Part shown: positions 24,497 through 41,049 of the stretch, piece by piece
Numbering within the stretch: the first letter of the stretch is position 1
Layout: every line of letters starts with the position of its first letter
NCBI RefSeq assembly: GCF_009914755.1
Contig: NC_060928.1
Length of the DNA stretch: 64,000 nucleotides
Source of the DNA: the human T2T-CHM13v2.0 reference genome, Homo sapiens
Strand: one strand, 5' to 3'
Made by a program: the position numbers and the translations under genes
The notes under the pieces: model-generated
Databases searched by the model: none
Told to the model about the DNA's origin: nothing
The model's input: the letters and a program-made list of their open reading frames with translations, nothing else

Positions 24497-25349
24497 CATA
24501 CATGCACACACAGTAGAAAACTTGGAGAACCCAATAAAACACAAGAAAGACAATTAAAAACAAAAATCACTTATCTTTCCATGATCTAGAAATAAAATTT
24601 CATGAGTAATCTGTCATTTTTAATGAATCAATGTCAATAAGTCTTTATAAATACACACAAACATGCACACACAACACTGTGGTCTAATTCCACATAGCTT
24701 AACACTAACAAAAATTGTGTAAGTTAGTTTTTTATAACCCTGTGGGAGGGTTCTGGGAACAAATAGGAAACATGCAATATGAACATGTATTCTTCCCCCT
24801 CCACCTCTAATCCCAGCCTCAATCAACCTACTTCCCCTGAGCCTTATGGTAGTTTGTGCCTTTTGTCAATGAGTATAGGCAAGTGAAACCTAGATTTTAT
24901 TGGAGTTACATAAAGAGGGCTAGCAATTGAAAGCCTTAAGGCAGATATGGGCGATGGAGTATCCTGGGAAGTTATAGGTTCTCAGAGAATTGTAGAAACT
25001 GTAGTGACATGAACTTGTCTTAAGATATCTGGTTTCTTTGAGCACAAAGTCAATGAACAGTTGGGCCAAGCCTCACCAGACCCAAGGCAGGTATAATTTA
25101 GGGAAATGAGAGAGACTTTGGGAGTTTCAGCAAAGCCTGGCAACCTGTCTTTTTACTTGTCCATGGTCCATAAGGGATGAGATTGCTTTGTCTCCAGCCC
25201 CTGTAAGACTACGATGCTTTGGAAAAACAACTAGACCTGAGCCCCATGAGCTCAGTTGGATGAGTTACATCCCATCTAAATCAGCCAGTTCTCCAAGAGA
25301 GTAATCAATCTGAACAGGATGATATGTATTCAGTAGAACATGGCTGTTG

Positions 25350-26100
25350 CATGAGATAGCCACTTGAATAAAATGTAATGACAGAAGCACACAAGAAAAA
25401 TAAATTCTCTTACCAAAAACAAAATAAAATGAAAAAATGGATTTGCTAGCTAAATAATTTATTAAGTGATTTAAAGATAAGATGTTCACCTAAGATCTGA
25501 ATTAATGGTCTATAAATTTAAGTGCAAGAAATGGCTCAAAGAGCAAGGCAAATTATATAGAGGTATAAATTATGAGAAAAAGGAAAAAATGCATAGAAGA
25601 TATATCCTGGTGAACTAACAGGTGATTAACATAGTTCCAGAAAAAAATTAATATGTGTTAGAAGTGATAAGTAAAGAAATTATAGAAGAAAGTTTTCCTG
25701 TGATAGAGATCTGAGACTCATTGATTAAGTATCTTTGTCAACTTTCAGACTCGACAAGAGAAACAGAATATACTTGGATATAACCTACTAAATTTCTTGT
25801 ATACTCATGAAAAAGAAAAATTTTGAGCTTCTAGTCAAATAGGAAAAATAACTTAGATTGGTACCAGACTTTTAATTTGCAACTGTGGGCAGCAGAATAC
25901 TAAGAGCACTTATGAACTGATGAACAGAAAGTTCTACAATCCAAAAATCCTGATATGCTAACTTTCCAGGGGAAGAAAAAAGATATTAAGAATCAAAAAA
26001 ACACATCATTTATGTAACTCCTATGAGGAAAACATTCAAGGAAGAGGCTTTGTGCCAACTAACAATATGTGAACTAGAACAAAGGCCTTAAAATGGAAGA
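25350..26100 (+). mobile_element. Ancient HAL1/L1M ORF1-region remnant
   Basis: atagttccagaaa, agaagaaagttttcctg, ttagattggtaccagactttt...gcaact are degenerate L1 ORF1-like motifs. Confidence 0.5.
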
Positions 26101-26639
26101 AGAGAGAAAACGGGGTAATTAACATTTCTGTCTCCTGCCTTCTGTAATAATTGATACTAAATAAATGGGATACACTTAGAATATGCAATATCCATCTCAA
26201 TATCTGTTACAAGAACTCTTGTAGCAAAAGGGATCTACAGTAGGAGAACTTCCAATAATAACACTTACCTAACAGTAGTAAACAATTTCACCAAATCTCT
26301 GCATTGGAGATATGTTGAGGAGGAGGGTAATAATACTCTACCCCATATTTTTATTATTTTTCAGGGGTGAGACCAAGAAAAAGGCAGAAGAGAGATGAGG
26401 TAAAGTCGTCTAAAATTTTGTCTTAATGTGGTTAGAAGGAAAAAAAAAGCTTGATGAGAAAAACAATCTATGTTGTTGGGAGAAATTATGGGTATTTTTA
26501 ATTCAATGAATTATAAAATTATTTTAATTTGTCTTTTATTTGTTATATATTTTTTCTGTTTAATTATTTGGCCAGGAAGAAATAACTTTAAAAATTAGGG
26601 TAGAATTTCATACTTAGGGAAAAATGGAAAGAATAGTAG

Positions 26640-26723
26640 TAACGTAAAAGAAAACACAATAATGTAAAAGAAAACACAAAATGATGACGCAAAGAAAAGA
26701 AAACACAAAATGATGATGCAAAG
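26640..26723. repeat. Overlapping 20-bp and 29-bp tandem duplications
   Basis: taa(c/t)gtaaaagaaaacacaa x2 (26640-26679); aaaagaaaacacaaaatgatga(c/t)gcaaag x2 (26666-26723). Confidence 0.9.
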
Positions 26724-27280
26724 AAATATTCAAGTAGATATAAATATGCTTCAATATATGAAACAATTTTATTATACTTTAAAGATTTCAAATTTCTGAA
26801 ATACTTTATCAAGTTTTCCTACAATCTGAAAGCTAATAACAGCATTTTTGAAATTATTACAAAATCATAAAATAATGTACCTTAATGGATATTATAAAAT
26901 ATTTTAATGGTTTACCATTAAATATATTTCCGTGTACATAAATATTAATGATTCTATTACAGAATTTTGGCTTCTGGACTGCAGTTATCTAAGATGATTG
27001 GTTTCTTAGCACTAAAAAGATATAAATGCCCTGATCCTGGACCACAGAGAAAATTCCCTATTAATTAAACATGCTGTTTAATTAAAAAGTCAACAGCTGT
27101 TTAATCTTACGAAGACATATGATAAAAACAAAAGAAATCTTCATTTAAGTTACTTTACTGAAGGTATATTTGTTTGCAAAGATAAAAGCACAATAGAAAA
27201 TTATTCTTTATAATAAATAAAAATAAATAATTTTACTTTTTTCTCTTTTAAAAAAAGTTATCTTAAAGTTCAGGAGTAGG

Positions 27281-27778
<498 letters not shown>

Positions 27779-28321
27779 TTATTCTAAAAAGGTTTAATGG
27801 AATAAATTTAAAAAAAAAAAACAAAATGTGTTATGAAAGGCATAGAAACTACAAAGGCAACATTCTGAATTCAGTCATAATATTTTAATACCTAAAGTTC
27901 TATTCTGAGTTAAGAGCTCTAGATTCTAGAGATATCTAAAGGATCTTCATAGGATCATATTATTTGGGATTTGTTTTCTTTAAATTTGACAAAAAGCATG
28001 ATTGAAAAGCTTGTTAATTATAACAATGTCATCTTATATTGGTGTATACCTTTGTTATTTATAGAACATTTTTACATATAAACTTCCCTTTCATAGTAAA
28101 CTTATCAAATAAGGTTAAAAATTAGCAACTCCATATTACAAGGAGAAAAGCTGAAGAGTGGAGGCTTATCATCTGCCACCATTATACATCCAGTGACAGA
28201 ATCAGGACCCAGAACCCAGTGTTAGAAATTTCTGTTGAGTTTGTAATACACATCACTGTGACTTTATCTTGAATAGGAAAGAGAAGATCAAATTTTTTCT
28301 ATCTGCACACATTAATATACT

Positions 28322-28353
28322 TTTTATTCAGATTGTATGCAATCTGAATAAAA
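28322..28353. repeat. 32-bp near-perfect palindrome
   Basis: ttttattcagattg-tatg-caatctgaataaaa. Confidence 0.9.
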
Positions 28354-28863
28354 CAGATTTAAAATATTTCTTTTTAAATATTTTTAAATATTTTTATCTC
28401 TTTTAAACTTAAAATATCTTAAAATATTTAAAATAATTTATCTCTCATTTTAAAAATTGCTTATTTATTAAAATCTTTCTGCATATTATTTTGTTATTTC
28501 AACACAGGCTTTATAGAGTTCAAGACTAATAAGACATTTACAAGATGATAAGAACACTTTATTGGTCACATGAAGTTTTTAAAGTGAAGTAACAGCTTAT
28601 AAATCACAAATTTATCAGAAAACAGAGATAAGTTGTAAGTACAAACAATTTAGCATGATAAACAAATAGAAGAAAAGTGAAAACACTCTAGGAAGCATAC
28701 ACAATAACATGTCTTTCTTGAAATATTCATGATATTTTCCTGTATTTCAATTCATGAAGGAGAATTACTCATGTCATTATTTTATAACTAAAAATTACAT
28801 GCCAAAATTACCAACGTGTCAAGTATTTTGCCCAAATGCAGCACATAAAAATATTGGTTTCTG

Positions 28864-29172
<309 letters not shown>

Positions 29173-29484
29173 TTAAAGTAGGCTTTCTTATTATGAAACT
29201 ATCATTGCAAAATCAGGGACTATATTCAAAGTATACTTGTCCAATCAGTACTATTTATCACCTTTGAAAGAAATTCTTTTTTTTTTTATTGTAAGTTCTA
29301 GGGTACATGTGCACAACGTGCAGGTTTGTTACATATGTATACATGCGCCATGTTGGTGTGCTGCACTCATTAACCCGTCATTTACATTAGGTATATCTCC
29401 TAATGCTATCCCTCCTCCTCCCCCACCCCATGACGGGCCTCGGTGTGTGATGTTCCCCTTCCTGTGTCCATGTGTTGTCATTGT

Positions 29485-33301
<3,817 letters not shown>

Positions 33302-33364
33302 TAGGATGTTAGCTGGTTGTTTTGCTTGTTAGTTGATGCAGTTTCTTCCTAGCATTGATAGTCT

Positions 33365-34381
33365 TTACAATTTGTCATGTTGTTGCTGTGGCTGGTACTG
33401 GTTGTTCCTTTCCATGTTTAGTGCTTCCTTCAAGAGCTCTTGTAGGGCAGGCCTGATGGTGACAAAACCTGTCAGCATTTGCTTGTCTATAAAGGATTTT
33501 ATTTCTCCTTCACTTATGAAACTTACTTTGGCTGGATATGAAATTCTCGGTTGAAAATTATTTTCTTTAAAAATGTTGAATATTGACCCCCATTCTCTTC
33601 TTGCTTGTAGAGTTTCTGCTGAGAGATCCACTGTTAGTTTGATGGGCTTCCCTTTGTGGGTAACCCAACCTTTCTCTCTGGCTGCCCTTAACATTTTTTC
33701 CTCCATTTCAACTTTGGTGAATCCGACAATTATGTGTCTTGGCGTTGCTCTTCTCGAGGATTATCTTTGTGGCATTCTCTGTATTTTCTGAATTTGAATT
33801 TTGGCCTGCCTTGCTAGGTTGGGGAAGTTCTCCTGGATAATATCCTGAAGAGTGTTTTCCAACTTGGTTCCATTCTCCCTGTCACTTTCAGGTACACCAA
33901 TCAGATGTAGATTTGGTCTTTTCACATAGTCCCATATTTCTTGGAGGCTTTGTTCCTTTCTTTTTACTCTTTTTTCTCTAAACTTCTCTTCTCACTTCAT
34001 TTCATTCATTTGATCTTCCATCACTGATACCCTTTCTTCCAGTTGATCGAATCGGCTACTGAAGCTTGTGCATTCGTCACGTAGTTCTCGTGCTATGGTT
34101 TTCAGCTGCATCATGTCCTTTAAAGACTTCTCTGCGTTGGTTATTCTAGTTAGCCATTCGTCTAATCTTTTTTCAAGGTTTTTAACTTCTTTGTGATGGG
34201 TTCGAACTTCCTCCTTTAGCTCGGAGAAGTTTGATTGTCTGAAGCCTTCTTCTCTCAACTCATCAAAGTCATTCTCTGTCCAGCTTTGTTCTGTTGCTGG
34301 CGAGGAGCTGTCTTCCTTTGGAGGGGGAGAGGTGCTCTGATTTGTAGAATTTTCAGTTTTTCTGCTCTGTTTTTTCCCCAT
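33365..34381 (-). pseudogene. L1 ORF1 (p40), interrupted
   Basis: MGKKQSRK start at 34381; premature stop at 33992; C-terminal piece 33365-33706 (..QPRISYPAK..MERNNQYQP). Confidence 0.95.
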
Positions 34382-35412
34382 CTTTGTGGTTTTATCTACC
34401 TTTGGTCTTTGATGATGGTGATGTACAGATGGGGTTTTGGTGTGGATGTCTTTCTGTTTGTTAGTTTTCCTTCTAACAGTCAGGACCCTCAGCTGCAGAT
34501 CTGTTGTTGGAGTTTGTGGGAGGTCCACTCCAGACCCTGTTTGCCTGGGTATCAGCAGCAGAAGCTGCAGAACAGCGAATATTGGTGAACCGCAAATGTT
34601 GCTACCTGATCGTTCCTCTGGAAGCTTCATCTCAAAGGGGTACCCAGCTGTGTGAGGTTTCAGTCTGCCCCTCCTGGAGGGTGCCCCCCAGTTAGGCTAC
34701 TCGGGTGTCAGGGACCCACTTGAGGGGGCAGTCTGTCCATTCTCAGATCTCAAACTCTGTGCTGGGAGAACCACTACTCACTTCAAAGCTGTCAGACAGG
34801 GACGACATTTAAGTCTGCAGAGGTTTCTCCTGCCTTTTGTTCAGCTATGCCCTGCCCCCAGAGGTGGAGTCTACAGAGACAGGCAGGCCTCCTTGAGCTG
34901 TGGTGGGCTCCACCCAGTTCGAACTTCCTGGCTGCTTTGTTTACCTACTCAAGCCTTAGCAATGGCGGGCGTCCCTCCCCCAGCCTCGCTGCCGCCTTGC
35001 AGATCAATCTCAGATTGCCGAGCTAGCAATGAGCGAGGCTCCATGGGTGTGGGACCCTCCAAGCCAGGTGTGGGATATAATCTCCTGGTATGCCGTTTGC
35101 TAAGACCATTGGAAAAGCGCAGTATTAAGGGGGAGTGACCCAATTTTCCAGGTGCCGTCCGTCACTGCTTCCCTTGTCTAGGAAAGGGAATTCCCTGACC
35201 CCTTGCACTTCCCGGGTGAGGTGATGCCTCACCCTGCTTTGGGTCATGCTCAGTGGGCTGCACCCAGTGTCCTGCCCCCACTGTCTGACAAGCCCCAGTG
35301 AGATGAGCCCAGTACCTCAGTTGGAAATGTAGAAATCACCCGTCTTCTGCGTCGCTCACGCTGGGAGCTGTAGACTGGAGCTGTTCTTATTCAGCCATCT
35401 TGGAACTGCTGC
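34382..35412 (-). promoter_or_regulatory. L1 5'UTR internal sense promoter and antisense promoter region
   Basis: About 1030 bp upstream of the ORF1 ATG; YY1 site gccatctt near 35394-35401; GC-richer than the flanks. Confidence 0.85.
34962..35138 (+). CDS. L1 ORF0 homolog (58 aa, C-terminally shortened); expression unknown
   Basis: MAGVPPPASLPPCRSISDCRASNERGSMGVGPSKPGVGYNLLV matches primate L1 ORF0; Kozak context gcaATGg. Confidence 0.6.
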   Translation: MAGVPPPASLPPCRSISDCRASNERGSMGVGPSKPGVGYNLLVCRLLRPLEKRSIKGE

Positions 35413-35548
35413 AGGAATTCTTAAAAATTATTTATGATTTCAAATCCTAGATTTGTATTTTACCACCCAAATATCACCTGTAGAAATGCAAATTGATTAA
35501 CAGTGTTTAACCAACATAATATGTTTACTAAAAGCAGTGGAATATAAG

Positions 35549-37520
35549 GGCATCCAAATAGGAAGAGAGAATGTCAAACTATCTCTGTTTCCAGATGACA
35601 TGACTTTATATCCAGAAAACCCAGAACACCCCATAGTCTTGGCCCCAAGTGTCTTCCAGCTGATAAACAACTTCAGCAAAGTTTGCAGGATACAAAATCA
35701 ATGTATAAAAATCACTAGCATTTCTATATACCAACAGCAGCCAGACCAAGAGCCAAATCAGAAAAGGCAATCCCATTCCCAATTGCCAGAAAAAGAATAA
35801 AATGACTAGGAATACAGCTAGACAAGGAGGTGAAAGATCTTTACAATGAGAATAGCATAACACTGCTCAAAGACATCAAAGACACAAACAAAAGGAAGAA
35901 GATCCCATGCTCCTGGATAGGAAGAATTAATATCATTGAAATGGGCTATATTGCCCAAAGCAATTAACAGATTCAATGCTATTCTGATGACACTCCTCAT
36001 GGAACTAAAAACTATTTTAAAATTCATATGGAACCAAAAAAGAGCCTGAATAGCCAAAGCAATCCTAAACAAAAAGAACAAAGCTGGAGGCATCACATTA
36101 ACTGACTTCAAACCATACTACAAGACTACTGTAACCAAGCAGCATGGTACTGGTAGAAAAACAGGCACATAGACCAATGGAACAGAGTAGAGAGTCCAGA
36201 AATAAGGCCACACATCTATGGCCATCTGATCTTCAACAAAACTGACAAAAAAAAGCAATGGGGAAAAGACTTCCTATTCAATAAATGGTGCTGGGATAAG
36301 CGGCTAGCCACATGCAAAAGACTGAAGCTGGACCCCTTCCTTACACCATACACAAAAATCAACTCAAGATGGATTAAATACCTAAGTGTAAAACCTGAAA
36401 CTATAAAAACCCTGGAAGACAACCTAGGCAATACTGTCCTGGACATAGGAACAGGCAAATATTTCATGACAAAGACACCAAAAGCAATCGGAACAAAAGC
36501 CAAAATTGACAAGTGGGATCAACTTAAGAGCTTCTGTGCAGCAAAAGAAAACTATCAACAAAGTAAATAGACAGTCTACAGAATGGGAGAAAATATTTAC
36601 AAACTATGCATCTGACAAAGGTCTAATATCCACCATCTATAAAGAACTTAAACATATTTACAAGACAAAAACAACCTCATTAAAAAGTGAGCAAAGAACA
36701 TGAACAGACACTTCTCAAAAGTAGACATACATGCGGCCAACAGGCATATGAAAAAAAGCTCAATATCACCGATCATTAGAGAAATGCAGATAAAAACCAC
36801 AATGAGATACCATTTCACACTAGTCAGAATGGCTATTATTACAAAGTCAAAAAATAACAGAGTCTGTCAAGGTTGTGGAGAAAAGGGAACACTTATATAC
36901 TGTTGGTGGGACTGTAAATTAGTTCAACCGTTGTGGAAAATAGTATGGAGATTCCTCAAAGAACTAAAAGCAGAATTATCATTCAACCCAATAATCCCAT
37001 TACTGGTTACATACCCAGAGGAATATAAATCATTTTACCATAAAGACACACGCACACAAATGTTCATTGCAGTACTATTCACAATAGCAAAGACATGGAA
37101 TCAACCCAAATGCCCATCAATGACAGACTGGATAAAGAAAATGTGTTCATATACACCATGGAATATTATGCAGGCATCAAAAATAACAAAATCATGTCTT
37201 TTACAGAAACATGGAGGGAGTTAGAGGCCATTATCCTTAGCAAACTAATGCAGGAACAGAAAACCTCATATCACATGTTCTCATTTATCAGTGGGAGCTA
37301 AATGATGAGAACTTATGAACACAAAGAAGGAAACAACACGCACTGAGGTCTACTCGAGGGGGAAGGGTGAGAGGAGAGAGAGGAGCAGAAAAAATAACTG
37401 TTGGGTACTGGGCTTAATACTTGGGTGATGAAATAATATGTACAACAAACCCCTATGACATGTGTTAACTTACGTAAACAAACCTTCACTTGTACCCGCA
37501 AGCCTATAGTAAAAGTTGAA
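35549..37520 (+). mobile_element. 5'-truncated L1PA15/16-like LINE-1 (ORF2 3' half and 3'UTR)
   Basis: [20 protein letters not shown] motif; 174-aa Cys-rich remnant 36700-37224; 3'UTR ttatgaacacaaagaaggaaacaac; degenerate TSD aaagcagtggaatataag / aaaaaagtgggacataag. Confidence 0.92.
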
Positions 37521-38589
37521 AAAAAAGTGGGACATAAGCGACTTATTTCGGAAAACAACCACTTCTCTATTTTCAACAAATAAGGCACATTTTCTACAGG
37601 TTCATCCTGTCTAAACAACATAAGTAGGAACTGACCAAAATATTTCCTCTCGTGATCTTTTTCCTGATCTTAGTTGCAAAAAGATCTTATAGATTTTCAA
37701 CTGTCAATCTCCAAAAAAGACAGGAAAAGTGTTAGATGATGATGTGGTTACAAATTATACTTCCCTGAGAAACTATAAAGTTCTCAAGAATTAACAGAAA
37801 AAAAGCAATCCAGCTCTGTCCTCAATGGCATTGTATTTTTATAGCCAATTCCTGCCCAATATTAGATTAAAAACTGGAATTCAGAGTGTGCCAGAGACAC
37901 AAAGGACGTATAAATACCTAGAGCTTCTATGAAACAGACACGAACAGTGGCATTTTAAAGTCAAACTTTATGTATGTGGGTTAGAAATGAAAGAATGTAA
38001 ATATCCTGTGTTCTAATTTGCATCCATTTGGAAATCAGAAATGGAACCTCATAAATTTCATATTAAACGATACATAAATATCATAGGTTAGAGGACACAT
38101 TTTCAATGCAATGTTATGCTCCAGAAGTAAAATTCACTAAAGCTAGTAAAATGAATAGAGTTAATGCCCCAGGTATGAAACTGGAAATATAATCTGTAGA
38201 TATTTAACTGGACTCTGAAAAGCCCATGATATTTTCTGCAGGATATTTAACCAAGTTTCTAAGTTTGGCAGCAGTTTTGTATTCACCTAATTTTCTTCTT
38301 CTGAGTTTCAAACAGACTTTCAGAGTTAAAAAGGCCAAGCATTTTCCTGAAGTTCAAGATGCCAGTCATCTTCTGAAGTCACTGCTTCTTGGAGAATGTC
38401 AGCCATATCCTCGCTTCCTCTCACTTCAGCCACTGGAATTATGCCAAAGCAGCTTTGGTTAATAACCAGATAAGGTGTCACTGGATAATACTGGTACAGC
38501 AGGGAATGGTGTTGCATATGCCTCTTGCACTTCTGGTCTACTATTTCTCCACCTATGATGCCTGATAAAACCACTTCACAGTTGTATAC

Positions 38590-38988
38590 TGTTAAAGGAA
38601 AAACTTCAGCCGTATTACATTTAAGAATTTAATTGAGCAAAGAACAATTCGCCTATCGGGCCGCCTCCAGAGCCAGAGTAGGCTCAGAGACTGCAGCGCA
38701 GCTGCGTGGTGGAAGAGGATTTATGGACAGAAAAAATAAAGTGACATACACAAAACAGAAGTGAGGTACAGAAACAGCCAGATTGGTAACAGCTCGGCAT
38801 TTGTCTTATTCAAACATGATTTGAACTGTTGACCGCAATCGATTGGCCAAAACTCAGTGATTGGCACAAGAGTAGATTGTAGCCTGTTTATACTTCCGTT
38901 TAGGCTATAGTTCATGATGTACAGATAAATCTTTAGGCTGAACTTAAAATAAGTAAGGAGTCAGCTTTAGGCTAAACTTTATTTGACA
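38590..38988 (-). mobile_element. MER57-family ERV1 solo LTR
   Basis: tgttaaaggaaaaactt...ctttaggctgaacttaaaataagtaaggagtcagctttaggctaaacttt..aca, the reverse of the MER57 start; several gattgg (CCAAT) boxes. Confidence 0.85.
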
Positions 38989-40529
38989 ATGTTGTCCTCC
39001 TGGGGCACAAAAGGAAGGCCACCTGAGACATGGAAGGAGTAAGATCCAGCCCAGATCACCTTGAGTCTGCTCTTGGAGAGTTCTCATTTCCAAAATTTAT
39101 TTACACAGCCTGGATTTCTTAAACATTAAATATTAGATCAGCTTGTGGATTGCAAATTGCCGTGTTCTATATAAAATTGTATTATCACCTTCATGTGATC
39201 TTATTTTTCTTCTCTTTGACCCTCTCTTTTCTTTCATTCTATGTTTCTTCTCGTGTGCTCTTTTTTGCCTATTGTCTCTCCTTATAATGTTTTCTTTTTG
39301 TACCACGGGTCAGAAAAGAAGGCCTCTGCCATCTTGGTGGATAAGTGGTGCTTTCTCCTGTAAGGTACCCTTCCACATCCTTCCTCATACCTGTATTCTT
39401 GGCTGTATTAGCACCATTTTGGAGAGCACCTCTGGGATTCACTATAATGCTGTCTTCAGGGTCCTTATCCTTTGTCTTAAGATGATGCTAGTTCATAAAG
39501 AAATCCTTTCAATTCTTCAGTTACAAAACCATCTTTTAAATGAGGTTCAGACCTTTTTTGATTTGAATTCAATTCAGTTCTGTAATAAAGAAATTTACTT
39601 TCATTTTTAAAAAGTGTGGAGAGTAAGTCCCACCGGAAAAAAAAAAGAAACTCTCATTTGGTTTAAGACAGATGAATAATAAAGAGAGAAAAAGATAACT
39701 AGATTGTTAAAATTTGACTGCAAGGAGAAGAAAAATTCAACTGGAGAGCTGTCAGCACAGAACAGATGAGGGATGATAAAATAGGGATCAGAGATACTCC
39801 AGGCAAGTGAGAGTTTGAATGAACATCTAATAATACTGAACAACTTGTGGACATGTTGAAAAAGTTAAGAACTTGGTATCTAAAAGCATCTTTCTCTATA
39901 CTATGTGTTCTATGCAATATGAGTATGTTAGTAATTCACAGTAATTTATATAAATGTTCAAATATTATTCATTTATCACTAAAGATTACAAAAATTGAAA
40001 GGCACGAAAATGACATGAAAGAGACTCATGTGCAAATAATTGTTTTTGTTACATTAACATTTATATATAATCATATACAATTGTACATCTATATGATATT
40101 ATATCATACGTACTCTTTAGATGTCTTTTTTTTTGTCAGTTGGCTTCCTCCTCTGTTTGCCTTTCACCTATATTGTCTCTCCCCACAACCGTGTCAATGC
40201 CCTACTATGAATTTGTAATATATGATACACCTGTCATCTCCTAGTTCTTAAGATTTTACTCACTTTTTCCACAAAAGCTAAAATCCATGAGGAGTTATTC
40301 CTTATTCATTGTCCAAGATAAGGATTCTGTTTTATTTTCTTCCAGATAGAACTTGTATCACCTCAATTAATAACCTATTTCCCATTTCCCCTTCTGCATT
40401 GAATAGAATGGCCACCTTGACAAACACTCAATGTTTATATAAATGGGGATCTATTTCTAAATTATCTTATGTTTCACTGACCTGCTTTCTATTTCTTCTC
40501 CAATAACACATCTAGTTTATTGTAATGGT

Positions 40530-41025
40530 TTGTTAGTGTTTTATTGCTGCTGTAATAATTTACCACAAACTTGGCAATTAAACAGCACAAATGTATTATT
40601 TCACAGTTTTATAGCACAAAAGTCTGACATGGGTCTCATTGGGGTAAAATCAAGGTCTTGGCAAAGTTGTCTCCATTTCTGGAGGTTCTAGGGGAAAATC
40701 AGTTTACTCACCTTTTCCGCCTTTTAGAAGCTGCCCACCTTCCTTGGCTCATGACCCAATTCCTCTGTCTTCCAAGTCAGCAACAGAAAGTCGTCATTCA
40801 CACACTGATGTCTCTTTTATTTTCTGCAGCAGGAAAGAATGCTTTTAAGAACTTGAATAATTAGATTGGATGTACCTGGGTAATCCAGACTAATTTCTCC
40901 ATCTAGAGGTCCTTAACATTAATCACACCTCCAAAGCCCCTTTAGCCATGTAGTGCAACATATTCACAGGCTCTGTGGATTAGTGTGTAGATAATCTTTG
41001 GAGGCCATTATTCTGCTCATCACCA
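40530..41025 (-). mobile_element. MLT1C/D solo LTR
   Basis: ttgctgctgtaataatttaccacaaactt...ctggaggttctagggg...ggccattattctgc; TSD atggt/atggc. Confidence 0.85.
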
Positions 41026-41049
41026 ATGGCTTTGGGTTATGTTCTGATA

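Noticed and set aside
26640-26723. Repeat-spacer-like pattern suggesting a CRISPR array
   Set aside because: Eukaryotic DNA; explained by two overlapping tandem duplications, with no unique spacers or cas genes
33992-34630. ORF1 with an 83-aa N-terminal extension from the 5'UTR
   Set aside because: Probably a fortuitous open frame, and ORF1 terminates prematurely anyway
38326-38574. 82-aa minus-strand ORF with an acidic, protein-like tail
   Set aside because: Non-ATG start, no recognisable homolog, no poly(A) or TSD indicating a processed pseudogene
39143-39610. 155-aa ORF with a hydrophobic N-terminus
   Set aside because: Hydrophobicity comes from a T-rich low-complexity tract; non-ATG start and no homology
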